From NCBI GenBank assembly GCA_965649265.1, contig CBFGKC010000010.1, positions 1,292 to 65,291 on the forward strand: DNA of 64,000 nucleotides, given 5' to 3'. Of this stretch, positions 57,793-64,000 are shown piece after piece. Under the pieces are notes generated by a model, which was not told the origin of the DNA, made no database searches, and was given only the letters and a program-made list of their open reading frames with translations. This stretch comes from a candidate division WOR-3 bacterium. Its GTDB lineage: Bacteria > Hydrothermota > Tepidihabitantia > B3-TA06. Every line of letters begins with the position of its first letter. Positions within the stretch are counted from its first letter, which is position 1. Both the position numbers and the translations under genes were made by a program.

Positions 57793-59018
57793 TTAAGTTT
57801 CTCCTCGCTCTCAAAAACTAGTTTTCCTTTTAAAGGCTTTCGTAATTTTACAGCCAGGGCCAATGCCTCCTGATATGTAGGCACATTCGCAATTTTAACT
57901 AATTCCGTCTTGCTGTCAATCGGAAGTACTTCGTACAAAATGCCGTCCACCACTACACCAACGTAGTCGGCAAAAAGTTGGGAAGATGATATCTCCGAAT
58001 TCTTAAGCGAGATTTCGACCCACGGCCTTGAGAGCGAATCGAACCTCAGTTCGGCTGAACGAACCTTCGGTCTTGCGAGGGTATCGGTTATGTAAAAGAT
58101 GTCTGTGGCTTGCCCCCTGGTGTTGATGCGCTGCCCGCCTGCCTTGAGCGAGAGAGAGACAAGGTAAAGTCTGCCCTCACCCGCGATGTTTTTTGCCACA
58201 ACCTCGTCCAGCGGAAGCGTAAGAGTGACCTTGAGCCTCTCCTGATCCGTGCGTATTCGCGCTTCCCGTCCGAGATCGGCAAAACGAGCCCGCATTGCCG
58301 ATCTAGCTCTCATTACGCTTGTCGATCCTGACGAATACGAAATAAGAAAGTTGGGTGCAAAAGGCATGTCTATTCCGCGTTTCTGATTGAAAGCCTTTAT
58401 CTTGAAGTTGAAAACTATGTCGGAATCGTCCGAAATCCCTTTTATCTCCTTGGCAAGCAGGGTTCTTCCGTCTACGATCAACTCACCCGAAAATTTCTTT
58501 TGGAAAGCAGGATCAAGAAAAGCTATATTAGGTTTGAAGGAGTATTTAAGAACCCGGCCCTCATCGGCAAGAAGCTTAAAACCCTTGTTGTTGCGAATGA
58601 GAAGCGCATCCCGAACGATGCGGTCGACCTGTTCCATAACGCGTCCCTCCTCACTGCGCTGCCTGGGAATCCACTCACCGTCCTCCTTGTCGAGTTCATA
58701 GTCACCGGCCGCAACAAGATCGAGCAACCGGACTTCTTCATCAAGTTTCCACGTTCCCCTGAAACGAAGCGCATCCGGCAGAACAACACTGCCCTTGCCT
58801 TGTACGGAGAATGCGAGAGATTTGCGGCTGATAAAATAATCGAACATGAAGGAGTGCTGGTTCTTGATTCCCTCCCACGAGTAGGAGGGAATCTGTTCGT
58901 AAGCCAATCCTTCCGGTGGTCTTGTAACCGGCATGCACGCGGCCGAGGCGAGTACCGTGAGAAAAAAGGATAAGCCTATAAGCGAATGGAGATCATGTCT
59001 GGAGAAGCCATACCTCAT
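57789..59018 (-). CDS. Hypothetical lipoprotein, operon partner of the GT2 synthase
   Basis: Signal peptide with Cys (FFLTVLASAACMP). 409 aa. No CE4, GH or TPR motifs were found. There is a 4-bp overlap with the synthase start. Confidence 0.45.
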   Translation of the reverse strand: MRYGFSRHDLHSLIGLSFFLTVLASAACMPVTRPPEGLAYEQIPSYSWEGIKNQHSFMFDYFISRKSLAFSVQGKGSVVLPDALRFRGTWKLDEEVRLLDLVAAGDYELDKEDGEWIPRQRSEEGRVMEQVDRIVRDALLIRNNKGFKLLADEGRVLKYSFKPNIAFLDPAFQKKFSGELIVDGRTLLAKEIKGISDDSDIVFNFKIKAFNQKRGIDMPFAPNFLISYSSGSTSVMRARSAMRARFADLGREARIRTDQERLKVTLTLPLDEVVAKNIAGEGRLYLVSLSLKAGGQRINTRGQATDIFYITDTLARPKVRSAELRFDSLSRPWVEISLKNSEISSSQLFADYVGVVVDGILYEVLPIDSKTELVKIANVPTYQEALALAVKLRKPLKGKLVFESEEKLK

Positions 59019-59116
59019 TTAAGCATCCTCTCTTTTTGAGTTTAAGAGGTACCTCAGACTTCCTGAAAAAGTCGGTGTCTGAGGGAAAGTGTCTGACAAG
59101 GGACGAGGAGGGCTCA

Positions 59117-61972
59117 TCAGAAATCGGCTCCAATCCTGAAGTGCGCGCGCCACACGTCCCAGCCGTAAAGGCTGGGGTCGGATTTTATGTAGGGCCGGGC
59201 AAAATCGAGTTTCAGCATCCAGTAGCCGAAGAGATATCGCAGACCGAACCCGAAACCGGCCTTGAGGTCCACGAGCTGCCCTGTGGAATCCCAGAACACA
59301 GGCGGGGTCGAGTCCCATGTGAACCCGGCGTCCGTGAAAACCACACCCCTTAAATCGCTCAATCTCAGGGGGAGGGGGAAAGCCAGGTTCAAGAGATCGA
59401 CGAACGGAACCCTTAGCTCGAGGTTAGAGAAAACTATCTTTGAACCGATGGAGGGCGTGTAGGGACTGTACCCCCTGACGTCGTAAGGTCCTCCCAGTGT
59501 AAACCACTCGTGATCTGCTCCAAAGCTCGCCGCGCCGAGAAGCCTGAGTGCGAGCGCCGAACGCTTGGTTAAAGAGACATAGCCCCTCATGTCGGCAATG
59601 ACGGACTGGTAGGAAAGCCTTGAGATTGCCGGAATGGACGAGTAACCCTCAAGACGCAGCCTCAGCCCACGCATCGGTGTAGAGTACTTCCACAGGGCGT
59701 TGTCGAATACGAGCGCTCCGGAACCCTGGAAAAGTGGATACGTCGAAGTGCTGCTGTCTTGATAGACAATATACCCGTTTTCATCGTACTTGCAGTTAAG
59801 TAAAGCCTTGTCGGTTACGGCCATGCCGTCTACGCCCGTTTCAAAACGGAAGAATTTCGTAAAGGGGAAAGCGAGAAGCGCACTCGCTCCCCTTCTGGCT
59901 TCTTTGATGTAGTCGAAGGTCGAATCCGTAAGCCAGTAGCGGTAAAAATCGGCCAGCTGATAGGCTCCTACCGCCCAGTCAACGCGGCGCTTGAAATTCC
60001 AGTAAGTGAAAACGATATCGGAGTAAAGTATATCTCCATAGAGTTCGGCATCCACGTAGAAACGGTGGTCGCCGAGCATGTCGCTTATGCCCAGGCTGAA
60101 ACTTCCCTGCGCTCCGTAAAGAGAAGAATACGCACCGGTGCCGTAGATGTAATCGGCGGAAAAGGTCGGCTTGTAGGGTTTCATCTCCTCGGGCGTAAGT
60201 TCAACGTTCTTGTACGAATAGGGAGCGGCCTCAACGGCGAGAACGGTGTCCTTGTTTTCGGGAACGGGTTCGAGACTGCCGAGCGTCCCGTTGAGCATGC
60301 ATACGTCCCAGCCTGAGTTATTGTAAAGAAGGAATGAGGTCTTCCCCGAAGAAGCAGGTGAAAACTCTTCTATTTTGTCGAACCAGTCCGTCATTCGCAG
60401 CGGTACGGAATCGGAAGGCGTCATGCGGTAGAGTTGGTAGCCTGCACCGACGAAGTAAAGATTTTCGTTGACCACATGCGGGGAAGACAGGAATCCATAT
60501 CTTCCGGTGACCCTCTTCACGCGACCCGACGGCAGAAGTGACCATACGGCATAGCTTCCGACGTTCCACGTCGAGTCCTGATCGGGTCTGTCGGAGGCGA
60601 AATAGATGGTATCACCACTGAAAGAAGGGTCCTTTTCTTCATAAAGGTCGAACGTGAGACGGTTAGTCTTGCCGGTCTTGAGATCGAGCGAATAAAGATC
60701 GCTTTCCCCTTCATTCACTCCGACATAGATGACCTGGCTTCCGTCGGACGAGACCGCAGGTGAATACGCATCATCCACCTTAAGCTGGTATCGCCTGGTC
60801 ACTTTTGCGCTTGCGTAATCGACCCATAGGAGCACCGGCCTTTCCTTGGAAAACCCTATAACGGCAAGTGCAGACTCGTCGCCTGACCAGCACATGGTAT
60901 TGCGAAGAAGAGGCAGACGTTCGAAGGTAGCCGACTGACCCGCGCGAAGCAGTCTCTTTAAAGGCTTGCCGTCGAATCCGCTTATGACGTTTATGGCAAT
61001 GTAGTCGTCCTTGCTCGTTGCGTAGGCAATCTTCGCGCCTGTAGGCGAGAGCGCGACGCTGCCGTTGTAATATGAAAAATCCTTCTCGTGATCGGTCAGG
61101 AGCCGTGCCTGGATGGAACGGTTGTTGAGCCTTGCGACCCCGGGCCAGTACCGCATCCTGAGCCAGTTGAGCCACTCCTTTCCTAAATCCTTGACGTTCA
61201 TGCCGAAAACCTTGTCGAATGCCGCGTTCATGTCCCGCCTGACCTGAAGTTCGTTAAGAAGTTCAAAAACCTTCTTGCGTCCGTAGCGCTCTTCGATAAA
61301 GAGAAAAACCGACTCTCCCTGCCTGTAAACGAGATAACCGCTCCAGTATCCAAGTTCCTCGAGAGGGATGACGTTATTGTTGAGAAGCAAGTCTTGCATG
61401 AATGGGTCCTCCTCTCCTGAGCCGTGGGAGGAGCAAAACTCCGCCGCTCCCTCCATTATCCAGTCAGGAGGCGTAAAACCCGGGATTAGAGAAAACAAGT
61501 TGGAGAGGGTTAGAGAGTAGTAGAGCTCGAACTCGAATATGTGCGTGAGTTCGTGCTCAAGAACGTGCTTCAGGTCCGAATAAGAACCCGTGAATGGAAC
61601 TACCACGCGATTCTTGAAAAGCTCGGAAAACCCGCCGACGGATTCCTCAATAGGTTCCAATATTATGTTGGTTGCGGCAAAATCGGGCTGTGATTTGTAT
61701 ATGATGACAGGGATCTTTACACCAAGCGTGACCCCGAAATCCGCCGTCCTTTGTTTATAGGATTCTTCGAGAATCCCTCCTGCAAAACGCGCAAGGGGCT
61801 CCCCCCCCTCTTCTATATAGATAGAAAAATGTTCGGTTTCATACGTATATGTGGGAGTCACCTCCCGCTGAATCTTGTTCTTTTCGTAATAATACTGGCC
61901 GAACAGAGGAAGAGATACTCCCAGGACAAAAACAACAACCCGGATCGTTTTAGACCACACAAGTTCCTCCAA
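59117..61972 (-). CDS. Outer-membrane protein with three parts: an N-terminal HExxH (peptidase MA-like) domain, a PD40 / TolB-like beta-propeller, and a C-terminal Omp85 (bacterial surface antigen) beta-barrel
   Basis: Signal peptide. VLEHELTHIFEFE (HExxH). TolB-like repeats (SPAVSSDGSQVIYVGVNEGESDLYSLDLKTGKTNRLT...DPSFSGDTIYFASDR). C-terminus ...GFGFGLRYLFGYWMLKLDFARPYIKSDPSLYGWDVWRAHFRIGADF, which matches the BamA/TamA barrel C-terminus (G.G.R...P.G.L..D.A.P......FHF.IG..F, with a terminal Phe). Confidence 0.7.
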   Translation of the reverse strand: MEELVWSKTIRVVVFVLGVSLPLFGQYYYEKNKIQREVTPTYTYETEHFSIYIEEGGEPLARFAGGILEESYKQRTADFGVTLGVKIPVIIYKSQPDFAATNIILEPIEESVGGFSELFKNRVVVPFTGSYSDLKHVLEHELTHIFEFELYYSLTLSNLFSLIPGFTPPDWIMEGAAEFCSSHGSGEEDPFMQDLLLNNNVIPLEELGYWSGYLVYRQGESVFLFIEERYGRKKVFELLNELQVRRDMNAAFDKVFGMNVKDLGKEWLNWLRMRYWPGVARLNNRSIQARLLTDHEKDFSYYNGSVALSPTGAKIAYATSKDDYIAINVISGFDGKPLKRLLRAGQSATFERLPLLRNTMCWSGDESALAVIGFSKERPVLLWVDYASAKVTRRYQLKVDDAYSPAVSSDGSQVIYVGVNEGESDLYSLDLKTGKTNRLTFDLYEEKDPSFSGDTIYFASDRPDQDSTWNVGSYAVWSLLPSGRVKRVTGRYGFLSSPHVVNENLYFVGAGYQLYRMTPSDSVPLRMTDWFDKIEEFSPASSGKTSFLLYNNSGWDVCMLNGTLGSLEPVPENKDTVLAVEAAPYSYKNVELTPEEMKPYKPTFSADYIYGTGAYSSLYGAQGSFSLGISDMLGDHRFYVDAELYGDILYSDIVFTYWNFKRRVDWAVGAYQLADFYRYWLTDSTFDYIKEARRGASALLAFPFTKFFRFETGVDGMAVTDKALLNCKYDENGYIVYQDSSTSTYPLFQGSGALVFDNALWKYSTPMRGLRLRLEGYSSIPAISRLSYQSVIADMRGYVSLTKRSALALRLLGAASFGADHEWFTLGGPYDVRGYSPYTPSIGSKIVFSNLELRVPFVDLLNLAFPLPLRLSDLRGVVFTDAGFTWDSTPPVFWDSTGQLVDLKAGFGFGLRYLFGYWMLKLDFARPYIKSDPSLYGWDVWRAHFRIGADF

Positions 61973-62072
61973 TCTTCAATTCAGATATGAATATAAATCC
62001 GACACTTTTCGAAAGAAAAGGTTTAAGCAAGTTCCCTTTTTTGTGAGTCGAATCTATTTCGGACATACACTT

Positions 62073-63881
62073 TTAATCGACGGTAATAGTCTTTGATATG
62101 TTTCGCGGCCTGTCCGGATTGCAGCCCTTGCCGACGGCGGTCCGGTACGCAATCATGTACAAGGGAACGGTGGCAAGAATCGGCATAAGTGCCGGGCTTG
62201 CATCCGGCATGGTGTAATAGAGATCGCTGTCCGCCTCAAGCTCCGCATCATGGGGACCAATGGTCAAAACCCTCCCCTTGCGGGTGCGAACCTCGTTTAC
62301 GTGAGAAAGGATGTAGTACTTTTCGGGCGCGGAAACGACGAAGAGCACCGGATACCCCTCCTCCAGACGAGAAATTGGCCCATGCTTGAATTCACCCGAA
62401 TACATGCCCTCGACATGAAGGTAGGTTATTTCTTTCATCTTGAGCGCCCCTTCCATCACAACAGGGTAACTCATCCCATAACCCAGGTAGTACGCATCAG
62501 GCGACTTGGAGAGCTCGTCCGCAAACGCCCGCACCTTGCTCTCGTCCTGCAGAACCCTTTGCAGGAGACCGGGCAGCGAAAGGAACTCCCTTGCCGATAG
62601 CCCGTTACTTCCTCTGTCGTGTCCTATTCTCAGGGCAAGATAAAGGAGAGCGATAACCTGATTCACGTAGGTCTTGGTCGCAGGAACGGCAATCTCGAGG
62701 TCGGAAGCGATAGGCAGCACGTAGCGGGAACGCATGGCAAGTGTAGAACCTATGTTGTTTACGAGCGAGATGACCTGTGTGCGGTTCTCTATAACGTCGA
62801 GAACGTTCTTTATGTCCTTGGTCTCGCCGCTCTGGGAGATGAGGAGGACCACGTCGCGCTCGTCAACGCAATCAGGGTATTTTTCAAGAAACTCGGACCC
62901 GAAGGACGCCGTTACCGGGATCCGGGCAAGCCTTCCGAAGTAGAAAGACCCGAGAAGTCCGGCGAAATGCGAGGAGCCGGCGCCCACAAAAAAGACACGA
63001 CGAGCAATTGCCAGCTTCTCGACAACCGTGGAGGTATGCTCGGCCTTAGGTAAATAACGTATAACCTCCTGCGCTTTCGAGGGAATCTCGTGAATCTCCT
63101 TGAGCATGAAATGCGGGAAATCACCCTTGGAAACCTCCTCCGGGGTCAGTGTGAGTTCTTCTATCTCTCTTTCGACCGGCACTGACAAGTCGGAGAGAGA
63201 GTAAACGTCGTGATTAGATGAGGTGAAGTGAACCATCTCGCCGTCTTGCAGCTGTACAACGTTGCGCGTGAGATCAAGAATGGCCACGAGGTCGCTCGAG
63301 ACGCAGCGAAAACCCTCTCCTACACCAAAGAAAAGTGATGAGCCGTTTTTGACCGACACGAACCCGTCGCCGTCAAGTGTCGTGGCTACGTAGGCATAGG
63401 AACCCTTCATCCGCGAAGATGCCTCGCGAGCGGCATGGCGCAGGTTCTTGGTTTCGTAGAAAGGCGCTTCGAGCAGATGCAGTATCACCTCACCGTCGTT
63501 CTCACCTATAAGCGCATGACCGCCCGCTGAAAGCTCTTCGCGCAGGTTACGGGTGTTGATTATGTTGCCGTTGTGCGCGCCTACAAGAAAGCGCTTGCAG
63601 TCATGGTGGGGCTGGGAATTTTCCTTGTTCGGGAAACCGAAGGTCGCCCATCGAAGCTGTATTATGCCGCGCTGACCGGTCATATCCGAAAAACCTAAAA
63701 TCTCGTTAAGCTCCTCCACCTCGCCCGCGTCCTTGCGGAGATCGAGTTTTCCCGAGGCCGAGATTGTCGCAACACCCGCGGTGTCGTAGCCGCGGTAAGC
63801 AAGACGCGTGCCCGCCCGGTAGAGAATCTCGCCGAGATCGGAACGCTCCTTGTCAAAGGAAATCGCAAAGAATCCACACAT
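62073..63881 (-). CDS. glmS: Glutamine--fructose-6-phosphate aminotransferase, isomerising
   Basis: The N-terminal nucleophile MCGFFAI (Cys2). Two SIS domains. C-terminus ...PDRPRNISKTITVD. The track ORF begins 17 codons upstream, but the MCG start at 63881 is the conserved one. Confidence 0.9.
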   Translation of the reverse strand: MCGFFAISFDKERSDLGEILYRAGTRLAYRGYDTAGVATISASGKLDLRKDAGEVEELNEILGFSDMTGQRGIIQLRWATFGFPNKENSQPHHDCKRFLVGAHNGNIINTRNLREELSAGGHALIGENDGEVILHLLEAPFYETKNLRHAAREASSRMKGSYAYVATTLDGDGFVSVKNGSSLFFGVGEGFRCVSSDLVAILDLTRNVVQLQDGEMVHFTSSNHDVYSLSDLSVPVEREIEELTLTPEEVSKGDFPHFMLKEIHEIPSKAQEVIRYLPKAEHTSTVVEKLAIARRVFFVGAGSSHFAGLLGSFYFGRLARIPVTASFGSEFLEKYPDCVDERDVVLLISQSGETKDIKNVLDVIENRTQVISLVNNIGSTLAMRSRYVLPIASDLEIAVPATKTYVNQVIALLYLALRIGHDRGSNGLSAREFLSLPGLLQRVLQDESKVRAFADELSKSPDAYYLGYGMSYPVVMEGALKMKEITYLHVEGMYSGEFKHGPISRLEEGYPVLFVVSAPEKYYILSHVNEVRTRKGRVLTIGPHDAELEADSDLYYTMPDASPALMPILATVPLYMIAYRTAVGKGCNPDRPRNISKTITVD

Positions 63882-64000
63882 TGAACTTAATGATAGCCAC
63901 CAAGGTTTGAATGTCAAGACAAGATCAATCATGACCGAAGTCAGGTTTAATTTTATGAGGTCACGTTTTATGAAAAAAAGTGGACAAAAGATGGACAGAA

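Noticed and set aside
1-64000. Search for CRISPR arrays, tRNA/rRNA genes, transposases, integrases and phage genes
   Set aside because: No short direct repeats with regular spacers were seen. Intergenic regions above 80 bp were inspected and none showed tRNA cloverleaf features or rRNA signatures. No DDE, serine/tyrosine recombinase or phage structural motifs were recognised among the ORFs. hicBA is the only accessory-type module.

Overview
This 64 kb window looks like a chromosomal segment from a Gram-negative (diderm) bacterium, with about 50% GC. Secreted proteins with T9SS-type C-terminal sorting domains, PEGA, PD40, LVIVD and BNR repeats, and a Bacillus-type long SRP RNA point to an uncultivated lineage in or near the FCB superphylum. 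No phylogenetic computation was possible, so this placement is inference only.

Most of the window is housekeeping. Recognisable genes are asnS, tmk, ino1 (myo-inositol-1-phosphate synthase), tatD, trmI, the conserved block SRP-RNA / dnaX / ybaB / recR / nfo, tal, truA, pgeF, recJ, nadC, uvrB and glmS. Between these sit several envelope and accessory islands:

- A partial capA-like gene and an M23 peptidase at the left edge.
- A tightly coupled three-gene module: a divergent ABC-type ATPase, a HypB-like G3E GTPase and an RnfB-type Fe-S domain protein. It has its own strong promoter and no obvious client enzyme.
- Tandem PEGA + PQQ beta-propeller lipoproteins, divergent from a VIT-vWA-TonB_C fusion protein that is followed by a stand-alone carboxypeptidase-regulatory-like domain protein and a TonB.
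- A Wzx-dependent glycan cluster: a DegT aminotransferase, a FemAB-like acyltransferase, two GT4 glycosyltransferases and a flippase.
- A hicB-hicA toxin-antitoxin pair.
- Four or more large T9SS-cargo-like repeat proteins: a BNR-CARDB protein, a 'YYD-NGNLKYA' repeat protein, an LVIVD protein and a C25-like 1270-aa protein.
- A synthase-dependent exopolysaccharide-like operon. It encodes an outer-membrane protein of 951 aa with an unusual HExxH-peptidase + PD40 propeller + Omp85 barrel architecture, a 409-aa lipoprotein, and a processive CesA-like GT2.

The ABC/G3E/Fe-S trio, the VIT-vWA-TonB_C neighbourhood and the HExxH-PD40-Omp85 + GT2 operon are the best candidates for undescribed systems.

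No CRISPR array, tRNA, rRNA, transposase or integrase was detected by eye. Many six-frame ORFs in the supplied track are antisense or overlap artefacts.
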